Part shown: piece by piece, positions 41,338 through 56,077 of the stretch | Position numbering within the stretch: the stretch's first letter is position 1 | Layout of the letters: the number at the start of each line of letters is the position of its first letter | Assembly: GCA_951406725.2 (NCBI GenBank) | Contig: OX597826.1 | Coordinates: 58,962,001 to 59,026,000, forward strand | Source: Octopus vulgaris | Taxonomy: Eukaryota | Length of the DNA stretch: 64,000 nt | Direction of reading: 5' to 3' | The notes under the pieces: generated by a model | Told to the model about the DNA's origin: nothing | The model's database searches: none | Seen by the model: the letters and a program-made list of their open reading frames with translations, nothing else | Made by a program: the position numbers and the translations under genes

Positions 41338-41727
41338 AAATGCATTTTTTTCTTTGATTATTCTTCTTTCGTATTCGATTTCAAGTATTTATTTTCATTT
41401 TTATACTTCTAAATATATTCGCTTCGATCGACGTAAAGTTGAATAAATCAACTGAACACGAGGGATGTTTTAGCTATTAATTTCTTTAAAAAAAAAAAAC
41501 GACGTAAAGCAGAACAAAACTTAACTTGAAACGATGTAATTTGAGGTATACCTCTATATCTATCTGACTGTCTGTCTATCTATTTGTCTATCTGTCTGTC
41601 TGTCTGTTTGCTTGTCTTTCTTTCTAGATATAGATATAAATGTACCTCAAGGCACAATGTTATTTTTCCCTACCTCCAGCTATTTACTTATTTTGCTAAA
41701 TACCTTCCATAGTAGAGAGAGAGAGGT

Positions 41728-41759
<32 letters not shown>

Positions 41760-41789
41760 CAGCAGTAGCAGTAATGACAGCAACTCCAA

Positions 41790-41802
41790 TATCATCATGA
41801 TT

Positions 41803-41857
<55 letters not shown>

Positions 41858-41869
41858 CCACCACCATCG

Positions 41870-41923
<54 letters not shown>

Positions 41924-41954
41924 CCACCATCATCACCATCACCACCATCATCAC

Positions 41955-42023
<69 letters not shown>

Positions 42024-42056
42024 CGTCATCATCATCATCATCATCATCACCACCAC

Positions 42057-42155
<99 letters not shown>
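41790..42155. repeat. (ATC)n/(ACC) trinucleotide tract of about 360 bp
   Basis: Direct inspection. Confidence 0.92.
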
Positions 42156-42844
42156 TTTCAACACCATCGACAACAGCAGAAGAGCAAAATCTACAACCAT
42201 AACAACGAAGCAACGAAACAACGGTTACAACAAAACACACACACACACACGCACACGCACACACGCATGCACACACACACACACACACACACACGTACAC
42301 ACACACACACGTACACACACACACACACACACACGTACACGCACACACACACACACATATACACACACGCACACACACAACAAGCAAGGAAAAAAAATAA
42401 AAAGCCCAAAATAAATGTCAAGTCCATAGAGATTGGAATCCTTCTTAGAATGTTGCAACTGTTTACATAAATAACACATTTCAACATTTACTGTTTTTCT
42501 GTTATTCTTTCCGTGGCCATTTCCAACAGTTCTCGTGGTATTGGGTTTCAATGTTGCTCGCCTTATCTTTTTTCCTTTCTTTTGTTTGTTTCGTTGATAA
42601 TTTGTTTGTTTGTTTGTTGCTTGTTTTTTTTTATTATTATTATTTTCTTTTTTTGTCTTTCATGTCTTTTCATTCCTACGTCCAACTCTTATTTCGTTCT
42701 CCTATTATGTTTTCTTAATATATTTCTTCACACACATACACTTCTAGTTATGCACCACCTGTGTGTAAGTATGTGGAAGTGTGTTTGTGTTTCGTGCATA
42801 TATGTGTACAAACACACACATATATATATGTATACACACTCACT

Positions 42845-42880
<36 letters not shown>

Positions 42881-42961
42881 AAGACAAAGATAGAGACACA
42901 AATACACGCACACAAACATATACACTTACATTTTTATGTATATTAATCTCTCTCTCTGTTG

Positions 42962-43016
<55 letters not shown>

Positions 43017-43052
43017 AAACTCTATCTATCTATCTATCTATCTATCTATTTA

Positions 43053-43108
<56 letters not shown>

Positions 43109-43805
43109 TTTGTGTAGGTATATAGATGTTTGCATCTATATACGTATGTATGTACGTACGTCCGTACACATGTATGTATGTATGTAGAAGAAGCCTGTCT
43201 GGCAATACTAATTTTCTTTTTTTTAATTTGTCCACATACAGCAACAGCAATTTAATATCATATCTTAGTTCCACGTTCTTTCTTGGATTAATCACTTCAC
43301 ATACAAACGCATACTCAAACGCTCGTGCACACTCACATAAACAGAAATCACATGTTTACATATGCCATGTTAGCATGCATCGCTGAAATCTGTAGTAAAT
43401 AAGAGAAGCCTACCACAGAGTCACAAAAGCAATCCCAAGTGATAATAACACTCTAGTAATTGCTGAGTGTTTCATGTTCCATTTACTTAGTGTGTGAAAT
43501 ACACCATGCCCTAATGGGATACTTAAAAGCTTTGACAGGAATGGAAGCCCTATTTTTGGGACCACTAAATTGCTCTATATACACTACATGCAAACGATAT
43601 CGTCGGAAAGTCCTCGTTTGAATATGTGGGCTATGAGGGTCACGTAGATTAGTGCACTCCAACTGTAAACGCATTAAAAGTTATATGTGATCAGGACATT
43701 AGTTATCAGTTGATGAGGCTGAGGTGTGTGAGATTTGAGTGGCTGTTTCTGGATACATATACAGGCAATATATATATATATGTGCGTGCGTGTTTGTGTG
43801 TGTAT

Positions 43806-43895
<90 letters not shown>

Positions 43896-43897
43896 GT

Positions 43898-44313
43898 AGG
43901 CGTAGGAGTGGCTGTGTGGAAAGTAGCTTGCTTACCAACCGCATGGTTCCGGGTTCAGTCCCACTGCGTGGCACCTTGCGTAAGTGTCTTCTACTATAGA
44001 CTAGGGCCAACCAAAGCCTTGTGAGTGGATCCGGCAGATAGAAACTGAAAGAAGCCCGTTGTATATATGCATATATATATATATATGTACGTGTGTGTAT
44101 ATATTTATGTGTCCTCCAACATCGCTTGACAACCGATGCTGGTGTGTTTACGTCCCCATAACTTAGCGTTTCGGCAAAAGAGTCCGATAGAATAAGTACT
44201 AGGCATACAAAGAATAAGTCCTGGGGCACATTTGCACGACTAAAGGCGGTGCTCCAGCATGTCCACACTGTCCAATGACTGAAACAAGTAAAAGAGTAAA
44301 AGAGTAAAGAGTA
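43898..44313 (+). mobile_element. SINE family A, full length
   Basis: aggcgtaggagtggctgtgtgg head; (GTAAAAGA)n tail. Confidence 0.92.
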
Positions 44314-44340
44314 TGTATGTATATATATATATTTATATAT

Positions 44341-44496
<156 letters not shown>

Positions 44497-44519
44497 TATG
44501 CTGGACCTCTGAGCTAAAC

Positions 44520-44690
44520 TCCTTTTTTTTCATGTTCTCTCTATTTATTTCCTCTTACTCCTTTGTGTTTTAGAGCGTAGGCTCGAAACGTAAAAGCCTT
44601 TTCCATTTTCCCCTAGCGTCAAACTATTGTACTTGATAGTTGTTCATACACCTGTCTACGTCTTTGTTTTTCTATAAACTTGAACTACAT
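44520..44690 (+). mobile_element. PLE pLTR-like short repeat (copy 2, diverged)
   Basis: agagcgtaggctcgaaacgtaaaag and acacctgtctacgtctttg are the reverse complement of motifs at 5990-6170 and 50980-51150. Confidence 0.7.
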
Positions 44691-44857
44691 ATATGTGTGT
44701 CTGTGTGTGTGTGCTTGTGTGCGTGTATGTGTGTGTGTGTGTGTGTGTATACACATATATAATTGAATATATTTTTATAGCACATGCTCCACACTAACAC
44801 ATATGCATAAACATACATTCATACATACATTATATAAATATATTATTTGTTTAAGAC

Positions 44858-45213
44858 ATTTGACTGCGGCCATTCTGGAGCACCGCCTTTAGTCGAACAA
44901 ATGTACCCCAGGACTTATTCTTTGTAAACCTAGTACTTATTGTATCGGGCTTTTTGCCGAACCGTTATGTTACAGGGACGTAAACACACCAGCATCGGTT
45001 GTCAAGCGAAATTGTGGGGACAAACACAGACACACAAACACACACACGTTTACATATACGACAGGCTTCGTTCAGTTTCTGTCTACCAAGTCCGTTCAGA
45101 AGGATTTGGCCGCCCTGACGCTATAGTACAATACACTCGCCCAAGCTTCCACGTAGAGCGACTGAACCCAAAACCATGTGTTTGGTAAGCAAGCTACTTA
45201 TCACACTGCGCCC
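44858..45213 (-). mobile_element. SINE family A
   Basis: atttgactgcggccattctggagcaccgcctttagtcg...agcaagctactt. Confidence 0.87.
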
Positions 45214-45896
45214 ATATATATACACACACACACACATGCACATATATATAAATATACATACATGCACACACACATATAAACAGGAAATACGGGACATTTT
45301 TTTGACTGGGTCACTTTGATGCTGCCACCTATACATATATTTGGCGTGTGTGTTTGTATGTGTGTGTGAATGCTTGTGTATGTGTGTTTGTGTATATATA
45401 TATATTTATGTACATATACATTCATATATACGTATATACTTATACATACGTAAATATATATATAGGCATATATATAGGTAAATATGGACGAATGAGTTCA
45501 TTTTTTCTCTCACATATGCACGTCAGTTAACAGGTGCTCACACTCGCATGCACACGCACACACACACACAAACACACACACAAACATACGATGGGTTTGA
45601 TTTATTCCAAAGGAATTTAAGCGCTGAATGGAAGCTACTGAGTAAAGTAGACTATATAATTGTCTTACTCTAGAAACTGCATTGAAAGTAGATTATTATC
45701 TCAGAACACAATATTTATATCATCGAACCTCTGAAGCTATTTTCATACCTGATGATCGCTATTTCATGAAATTCCTGTTAGCTATTAAAAAAACAAAAAA
45801 AAAAAACAAAACAAAAGAACTCGTACAGCTTCAATAAATTATATACATACAAGCATACATATGTAGAAACATAAACATACATATATGCATACATAC

Positions 45897-45954
<58 letters not shown>

Positions 45955-46248
45955 TATATCAAACGTAGTTAAGTGTCTTTGTTTGCACATGCTCATTGTG
46001 CATTCTTTTCTGTGTATTAACATAATTCCCTTTGTATATGAATGCCACAATCGGAATCACGCACACATACATAAAACCATGTCCGTATATACTTTTAATT
46101 TTAATTTCGTTGCACATAACTAAGCAAGTTGAGCAGAAAAATCGAGAGGAAATGTGGAGAATATTTTTGTGTGTATACATATATAAGGATATATATAATG
46201 TTTGTGCATATACATACACACATATATATGTATATATATACATACATG

Positions 46249-46338
<90 letters not shown>

Positions 46339-46429
46339 GTCAATATGAAAGCTGTTAAGCCAACATTCAAATTAATTCAAATTTGAGAGGTCCGGCGGCA
46401 CACACACACATCACACATACACACTAGAA

Positions 46430-46484
<55 letters not shown>

Positions 46485-47312
46485 GTATGCATCTATGTAT
46501 GTATATATGTATGAATATATGTATTTATATATGTATGTGTGTATGACTAAATTCATACATATTTATATAAATGCATATATATTGAATATATGTATATGTA
46601 AATATGTAAAGAAATTCATATATATACATACATATGTATGTATGCCTAATATATTCTTCATCTGGCGAAGTATGTATAATTGAACGTAATCAGAATATAA
46701 ATTAAAATAACGAATTCACCAAAAGAACCCCGAAAATCAAACCCTCCAAGAATCTGAAATGGAACAAAAGAAAACAAACAAAAAAACAAAGAGAGGGTAA
46801 AAAAAAAAACCTAAACAAATAATCCAAGCACAACGGAGAAACAAAACAACCCCAGAAAGAAACAATCAGACAACACCAAGACAACCACCATCAACACAAA
46901 TAAAACACCAAAAAAATCGTATATAATAATAAGAAAGCCTGCAACGACAACGGCGATGGCTGCGTCGACGTCAGCAAATCAAATTATAATGCAATTATAT
47001 GTAACAATATATTGCTCGCAAGTTTTTAATGAAATTACATGTAGAGAGTATAACTGTATTAGTTGTAGGTTTCCGTCTAGCTTTTCAATTATTAATATTA
47101 CCATTGCTTTGCCTTCCCGTCCCACTGCTCCTAGTTGGATTACGAAATATCATTCATATTATCTGTATTTTTTTTCCTATATATTCCTTTTTTTTCTTTG
47201 TATATATATGTTTATGCAGATGTGAATTTCTATATATATATATATATGGATATGTCTGCGCATATATATGTACGTATATACATGTGTGTGTATATTATAT
47301 ATATATATATGT

Positions 47313-47441
<129 letters not shown>

Positions 47442-47536
47442 TATATACTTTCACATTTATTTATGAAATCTATATACGCTTGCATAAGTATGCACATGTA
47501 TATATATATGTATTCCCTTAGGTTTTATGATACATC

Positions 47537-47589
<53 letters not shown>

Positions 47590-47621
47590 AATGCATCCAT
47601 TTCTCTCTCTCTCTCTTTTTG

Positions 47622-47656
<35 letters not shown>

Positions 47657-47717
47657 ATATATGCATATATGTTTGTGTGTATCCATTTCTCTATCTATCT
47701 ATATATATGCAGGCACA

Positions 47718-47757
<40 letters not shown>

Positions 47758-48363
47758 ATGTTTATATGAATTTATATGAATGTTTCCTTTTTATATTATA
47801 TGGCTGCTAACTTCTTTTGCTCATTAAAAATATTGACGGAGAATAGAAATACTCTATATTCTTGTTTTATAAGAATCCAACCGGTGGCTCTGCTTTAGTT
47901 ATTATTTTCTCTTTGTTGCACTTTCGCATCTTGTTGTTCTTTGCTGTTGTTCATCTACTTCTTTTCCGTTTCCTTCTACTCTTCCCCGCTGTCGTCCTCC
48001 TCCTCTCCCTCTCCTCCCCCTCCTCCTCTTCTTCTGCTTCCTCTTCCTCCACTACCTCTTGTTCTCCTTCATCCTTATCGTCATCGTCTTCGTCGTTATC
48101 ATCAACTTCAATAACATCCTCATCCTCATCGTTATCGTCACCATCATCGTAATCTTCATCATCATGATCACCACCATGACCACTTCCATCACTACCACCA
48201 CCACCACCACCACCACCACCACCACCACCACCAAGATCACCAACAACACCAACACAATAACAACAAAGACTTTCACCATACGTAGACTGCCTCCACCACC
48301 ACCACCACCACCAGTACCAACACAATCACACCCAGGCCTAATTACCTACCATCTATCCATTTG

Positions 48364-48400
<37 letters not shown>

Positions 48401-49482
48401 TTATCTACCTATCTACCTATCTACCTACCTATCTAGCTAGCTATCCATCTATCATCATCATCATCATCATCATCATTATCATCATCATCATCATCATCAA
48501 TAATCATTATCATCCTCATTAGCTATCATTATCTTCATCATACATTTAATTATTATAATCAGAACAATCATTATCAATGTCTGTGTTTCTCCTGTTGCAT
48601 GTTGTTACTGTTGTTGATGCTGCTTTTATAGTAGTTGAATCCCTTGCCATCCCTAATACAGTTGCAGACCTATAATGTAAATTTTCCAATTCAGCCATAT
48701 CCCATATCGGTTTATACGTTTGTACTTCAAACATGGCGAAATCTAGAAACATCACTAACCAAAGCACCCTTCCTTCTCTAAAACTGTACGATGTGATATG
48801 AAACAGACCTGACAGCTATTTTTATTACGATTCTTGTCCACCTATATGTTTCTCTCTGGAGCTAATTATTGTTGATTTAGTTTTGTTGTTGCGGTCGTTG
48901 TTTTTGTTGTTGTTAATAATTAACTTTAATTTGAGAAGGATTATTTCGTCGTTATAATTGCTTGTTTGAGGTATAACGCAATGAATATTTTACGTTCGAA
49001 AAAATTAATTTTATTTGTTTATATTTTGAAAAGATCGAAATGGCCATTCTTTTCAATCACCAGTATAGAACTCCAGAACAATCTTGCAATTATCTGGGAA
49101 CACAAATAATACTTAGTAAACACAATACTTTGAATCGTTAGGCCAGCGTTGCAGGTCGATTAGTGAAAACTTTGACAGGACCGATTGTAGGACACTTAAC
49201 TATTTTCAGAAAAAAAAACAAAAACAAAAAAAAGAAATCCATTGAGTCTATTGCAAGTTCTGAAGGGAACTGAACATTGTCATGACTACTAATTTGAAAT
49301 AGAAATTTTAAAGCTACAGAGAGACCCTTATACAATACCAACAAGATAATATGGAAGCTAAAACCTAACGCAACGCTTTTGCTTTTCTTTTTATCGCTCC
49401 TTTCGCAGATTCCCATGACACTTTGTCGCCATCCAGATCCATTGTAATGAACTTGGATTGGGAGCTTGAGTTATAGAGATTT

Positions 49483-49931
49483 TTTCATTAGTCATGGTCA
49501 ATCTTTCTTTAGTCATGGTCAATCTTTCATTAGTCATAGTAAATCTTTCTTTAGTCACAGTCAATCTTTCATTAGTCATAGTCAATCTTTCTTTAGTCAT
49601 GGTCAATCTTTCATTAGTCATAGTCAATCTTTAATTAGTCATAGTCAATCTTTCTTTAGTCACAGTCAATCTTTCATTAGTCATAGTCAACCTTTCTTTA
49701 GTCATGGTCAATCTTTCATTAGTCATAGTCAATCTTTAATTAGTCACAGTCAATCTTTCTTTAGTCATGATCAATCTTTCATTAGTTATAGTCAATCTTT
49801 AATTAGTCACAGTCAACCTTTCATTAGTCATAGTCAATCTTTCTTTAGTCATGGTCAATCTTTCCTTAGTCATAGTCAATCTTTAATTAGTCATAGTCAA
49901 TCTTTCATTAATCATGGTCAATCTTTCATTA
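49483..49931. repeat. 21-bp minisatellite, 21 units (agtcatagtcaatctttcatt variants)
   Basis: Exact 21-bp period; reads (SHSQSFI)-like x21 in ORF 49466-49936. Confidence 0.95.
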
Positions 49932-50699
49932 CATAATCATGGACACCACCCCTATAGATACGTTGCAGTTGGTCTCTTGATAGAGCCTGGTGATCCTGAC
50001 CGGTGTTCTAGGATTCTTACACTCAATTTAAGAATCACTGTTGGCTTAGTTTAGCTCTTCCACTATCTCTTCACAATTCGCCATGCTATGACTTCGCCGT
50101 ATCTATGGCAGGGTGGCTGAACGGGTGCTATGCCTTCCCAAAGTCAGCCCGGTCGTCTCAGAATTCACAGAACTACTTCTGCTTTGAATGTCGTATTAGT
50201 CTTACTCCATGATATGAATTTACAGTAAGGTATAAGCACTTTAAGAGAAAAGTGGCAAGGCTATATGCATACAACCCATTGCAATTCATTACATACGAAC
50301 TGATTGTATCTCAAATCTTTCACCCAGCCTTCCAAATACCTTATCTTACGTATTTGCATTCGGTTTCTTAGTTAAGAGACTGAAGGCACGTAGGTTATAT
50401 CATTGCTATCAGGCAGCCAAAGCGTAATATCGCTCTAGAATCCTAAACATGATTATAAGCCGGTTGATGGAAATTGATGGTTATTTAACATGCTGGTAGC
50501 AAGTACGATTACAATCATGATCCAGGAATAGCAGCAAGGCATAGAAAATGATGATGTTTGGATTTTGAATGAATAATGTTATCACTATTATAATCAAGAT
50601 AAATTAGGAAACAGCGAAGGTACGATTTTAAAGGAAATAAGGAATGGATGTGACCTAAATATTTACAAATATAATATGAAATCATATAGTTTTCAAAAA

Positions 50700-50870
50700 T
50701 TTTTTTGCATGGGGCCAGGAATTTCGGAGAAGGGGATAAAATGATTACTTCAATTCCAATGTGCAACTGGTACTTGTTTTATCGACCTCGATAGGATGAA
50801 AGGCAAAGTCGATCGCGGCGAAATTTGAACTCCGAACGTAATGCCGGGCGAAAACCGGCAAGCATTTGTC
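50700..50870 (-). mobile_element. SINE family B, diverged
   Basis: caactggtacttgttttatcgacc...aggatgaaaggcaaagtcga...atttgaactc. Confidence 0.78.
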
Positions 50871-50930
50871 CGAATTAAGAAAGATAATATAACAGACTAT
50901 CATGTTTTCAGCTTAAACACTTTTCAGATA

Positions 50931-50968
<38 letters not shown>

Positions 50969-50979
50969 TATATATATAT

Positions 50980-51150
50980 AGGGAAAGTTTACGAAAAAAA
51001 CAAAAGACGAAGACAGGTGGTGTACAAAACAAACAGAAAAAAATCTTTTACGTTTCGAGCCTACGCTCATCTACAGAAAGGGACACAGAAAAAACAAGGA
51101 GAGAAACAAGGAGAGAAAAAATTTTCTGTAGTGGCTAACGATCTATCATA
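50980..51150 (-). mobile_element. PLE pLTR-like short repeat (copy 3), adjoined by a GT/GA-rich tract to about 51750
   Basis: Collinear with 5990-6170. Hammerhead-like motif at 51045-51080. Confidence 0.72.
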
Positions 51151-51750
51151 GCGTTTGACTCGGACAGAAGGGTCACACACGAGTAGAAAGTAGGGGAGAT
51201 AACAAAGTAAAGATGACCCCCAACACTAAGGTGCGTGTGTGTATGAGAGAGTATGTATGTGCGTGTGAAAGAGGGCTGGTGGTCTGGACGTGTGCGTGTA
51301 TGTGTGAAAATGTGGGGATGGGAATTGGTCAGTACTGGTGTGTGGGTCGTGTGTTGTGATGTGATGTGTAATGTTGTATGGTGTAGTGTGGTGTGGTGTG
51401 ATGGTGTTGGGAGGTGGGGTGAGAGTGGGGAAAGCACGGGTGGGGTGTGGGTTCGGCTGAGGGTTGGGTAGAGTTGGGGTTTGTGGGTAAGCAGAGGGTG
51501 GGGGTAGAGGTGGGGTATGTGGGATAGGATGGGGGATGGGATTGGGTGATGTGAAGGATAGGGAAGGGGGAGTAGGAATGTGTACGGGTGGGTGGGCTTA
51601 TGGTGGGGAGATGGTTATGTGAGGAGAGAGAGGAGGAGAGAAGAGAGAAAGAGAGTAAGAGAGAAGATGGAAAGAGAGTAGGGGTGAAGAGAAGTAGGAG
51701 TGAAGAGAAGTAGGAGTCGGGGCAAGAGAGGAGAGTTGGGTGGGAGGAAG

Positions 51751-51793
<43 letters not shown>

Positions 51794-51818
51794 CTGACAG
51801 ACAGACAGATAGCTAGAT

Positions 51819-52045
51819 ATATTTCTTTACTACCCAGAAGGGGCTAAACACAGAGGGGACAAACAAGGACAGACAAACGGATTAAGTCGATTAATTCGAC
51901 CCCAGTGCGTAACTGGTACTTAATTTATCGACCCCGAAAGGATGAAAGGCAAAGTCGACCTCGGCGGAATTTGAACTCAGAACGTAACGGCAGACGAAAT
52001 ACGGCTACGGATTTCGCTCGGCGTGCTAACGTTTCTGCCAGCTCG
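51819..52045 (-). mobile_element. SINE family B, full length
   Basis: Nearly identical to 32666-32890. Probable TSD agatagctaga at 51807-51817 and 52048-52058. Confidence 0.92.
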
Positions 52046-53123
52046 ATAGATAGCTAGAAAGATAGATAGATAGACACACACACACACACAGATAGGCAGA
52101 GAAACAAGCAGATAAGTAGAAAGAACAGTGTAATAGAAAGAAAAACATGAAAAGGGTTAACCCAGAAATATAAGTTGTCATATATCTGAACATGGTACTA
52201 GCGTTGGTCGAATGACTGGAAGAGAATGAGAAGAAACGAGGGTTTACACGCAGAAGCGTTACAAAGGTGTTAACTGTCGGTAATACGCCCGTTTATGACC
52301 ATATCTTTACTTAAGTTGTGTGTATGTGTGTTTGCCAGTGTGTATTACAAACGTGCTTGCACACGCGCATTCATGTCTTTATTCCATTCATTTCGTACAT
52401 TAAGCAACTTATATATTTGTCACTTAAGTGACAACTCTACTTGTTGCCTATTGGCAAACAGCCACCTTGATAATCTATAATTCTCACTCCACCATTTTCG
52501 AAATCAGCCAATGTTTCCTATGGTGTTCTCTATAAGGCTAACAAGGAAACTTAGGTTCTTTAACCCTCGGCGATAAAGCAATGAGTCACTAACAGAAATT
52601 GATTAAATCTGAAATCAGTGCTGCTATGACTCCATCTCGCTTGTAGTAGGGATGGAACCTGTCTCCCTTGTCAGCCGTTAGAATAGTGCTCTTACGTGGC
52701 TAAGAGTTGTTTTGACTCTTATTTCTAGCAATGGTGGTGCTTTTTGGCACCCTCTGTCCCTTTAGTGACTACTGTGCTTCTGGCCTATCGGTTCTTAATT
52801 ACTAATAGTCACCTTAATAATTCATATATTTAAATATATATATCAGAAACAATTTAGATTCAAATGAATATGGTACTTAATTTAGATGCACCAGAATTTT
52901 GTATGGTGTTACCCATATAAATATGCGGCGTGATTATAATATAAAATAAGCAACAAGAATGAATCGGGTAATTTAGTACAATTGTTTCATACAACAACAT
53001 TTTATTAAAAGCTGTAAATATTACAGCAGCTAGCAGCTAATTTATATAGGTTTTCCAATAATATAAAGGTTTTCAAATCAAGTAATAACATCTTAGGGAA
53101 GGTAAATATACAGATAAAGATGT

Positions 53124-53178
<55 letters not shown>

Positions 53179-53184
53179 GGGAGC

Positions 53185-53218
<34 letters not shown>

Positions 53219-53566
53219 CAGAGACAGACAGACAGAGACACCGAGAGGGAGGGAGAACGATAAGGCTCTGGGCTTTTATGGACAAAATATACACATACAT
53301 GTATACATGTTCGAAGGCAGACTCAAAATTTCCAGATGACAAAGGATTAAGTATGAATAAATATATATTGTTTTATGGAGCAAACTTACTCAAATTACAG
53401 CCATTCTTTACCCTGCTGAGTTGGTCGTCAGCGAAGTAAGTTCAAATCATTTCAGCGCAACTAAATGTTTTCTATATTGAGATTCTCTCGACGTCATCTA
53501 TTGACTCTCTCTCTTTCTCTCACACACACACTCTCTTTATTTCTGTCTGTCTGTCTCTCTCACTTT

Positions 53567-53637
<71 letters not shown>

Positions 53638-54721
53638 CACACACGTATATGTAAGTGTCATGGATTCAGATACTTATGTATTTTTTGTGCTGTTATATAT
53701 TCATATATATATATATATATAAATATATATATATTTATATTTATATATAAGAGTGTGTGTGTGTGTAAATATATATGGATACTTATACATGCACGCATAG
53801 GGATGCTATCTAAACTTTCAATACGTTTTCGTATTAATGCAGATTTATGTATGTCATTATATTTATGTAAATATATTCATCTAAAAGAATAAGAGAAAAA
53901 AAAATGTAATAATAACAAGCGTTACGTCCATTTGGAAAACCATTTAAATGAGGAGATGGAGGATTATACGATATTTCATTTAAGAATTAGCAAGAATTCA
54001 AAATATCAAAATCGTTAGTTCGATGATGTTTTTAGCATAAATTACATGGAATAATAACTAAAATATCACCATACTCCTCCGCCAACTTCTCCGGTGTAAT
54101 CTTAATAATAATAATAATAATAATAATAATCAGCTGGATGTCTGTCGAATATTCCAGCGCTAAATACGAGTATAAAAATCAATTCATTTCGTTAAAATGA
54201 ATTGTTTTATTTTGATATTTTGAAATATTTAACGTTCGAAAAAGTGATAATATTGTCATTTTGTCATTTTGTCATTTTATAAGTGTTATATTCACGCATG
54301 CGCACAAGTTCAGACAAACACACATATACGCATAAATAGACAAACACACACACATACACATGCACACACACATATACGTGCACGTGTTGCTTTCGAGCTT
54401 TTCATGACGTTCTGGTTAAAACCATAGGAATGTTCAATAGAAGCGCCGTATTAGATGCGTGTTGTGAAAGATTGACATATGATATATTATTGCTATGTGT
54501 AATAAAAACATGATGAGAGATTTTAAACAAATATTTCGTTTAAGCTAAAATGTTGATGTCTGTAAGCGTCTTCATATTAAGAAGACAAGAGTAATAACGC
54601 TACGTGTAGGTTTGAATTGCATTCAGCGAAATTTTAGATAAACACTTGGACGCTGACGTCATTGCTATACATCATAGGACAGGAAGATCTGTTAATACAT
54701 TTAATACGTGAAAGCATCGTG

Positions 54722-55565
54722 CTGCTAGAATCGTTAGCACACACCACACATTTCGTCCGTCCGTCCTTACGTTCTGAGTTCAAATTCTACCGAGGTCGAC
54801 AAAGCATTTCATCCTTTTTAGGGGCGATAAAATAAGTACTAGCCGAGCACAGGGTTCGATGTATTCGAACATAGCATTTCATATCGTTTTAGGGCATAGC
54901 ATTTCATATCGTTTTAGGGGCGATAAAATAAGTACTAGCCGAGCACAGGGTTCGATGTATTCGAACATAGCATTTCATATCGTTTTAGGGCATAGCATTT
55001 CATCGTTTTAGGGGCGACAAAATAAGTACTAGCCGAGCACAGGGGTCGATGTATTCGACTTACACACTCCTCGGAATTGCTTGCCTTGTACCAAAATTGG
55101 AAACCATTAAGGCGGCGAGCTGGCATATTCGTTACTACGCCGAACAAAATGCTTCGCGGCACTTCGTCGCTTTTTACGTTCTGAGCACAAATTCCCTCGA
55201 GAACGACTTTACCTTTCATCCTTTTGGAGTCGATAAAAGAAGTACCAGTTGAACACTAGGTTCAATGTAATTGACATACCCTCTCTCCCGAAATTGATAG
55301 CTTTTTACCAGAATTTGAAACCAATAACATTTAACGCTCTAATCCGGTGAGTTGGCAGAATCGTTACTACGCGGGGCAAAATGCTTAGCGTCATTCTGTC
55401 GGTCTGTATCTTCTGAGTTCAAATTCCGCAGCGATAGACTTTGCCTTTCATCATTTCGCGGTTGATAAAATAAGTACCATTTGAATATTGGGGTCGATGT
55501 ATTCGACTTACCCACTCCTCCGGACTCGGATTTACTGGCTATTTTGCCAAATTTTGAAAACTAGT
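54722..55565 (+). mobile_element. Three consecutive SINE family B copies, the first with an internal 94-96-bp triplication
   Basis: aggggcga(t/c)aaaataagtactagccgagcacaggg at 54820, 54916 and 55010. Further heads near 55112 and 55347. Confidence 0.85.
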
Positions 55566-56019
55566 ATCATATAATACTATACTCAATTCCTAACAAAAGT
55601 TTCGTGCGTTGGCAAAATAATATATTCTCAGTGCCCTTACAAATCTCGAGCTAGTTCTAATTCATATTTGAATCTTTCTCGTGGCATAAAACGTTGGGAC
55701 ATACCAGCAGATGATTTCTAAACCATTTAGCATATAGTCATAGTCGGCAATATGGCATGCAGCAGGCCTTGTTCGGTACGCGGCATTGAAAGGTCAGAAC
55801 AATGACGGAACATTGACGTTTGTCGCTCCGAGAAACGCACCTGAGGTGAGTTGTTTCGCTTGCTTATGACTTACTCTCAGGTGTTTTAAACTCCCAGGCG
55901 CATTGAGAATATATTCTCTTACACCAAAAATGCAGCTGACCCACGAACTAACAAAATACGCAGCAAATATATGTATTCGACTCATCTTGTAAACACCGAG
56001 CTGCTTCTAATGCATACTG

Positions 56020-56077
<58 letters not shown>

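Noticed and set aside
47951-48325. Acidic Gly/Asp/Glu ORF ending in an NLS-like basic stretch
   Set aside because: Composed of decayed GAT/GAG/GGT repeats continuous with flanking microsatellites; no domain or splice support.
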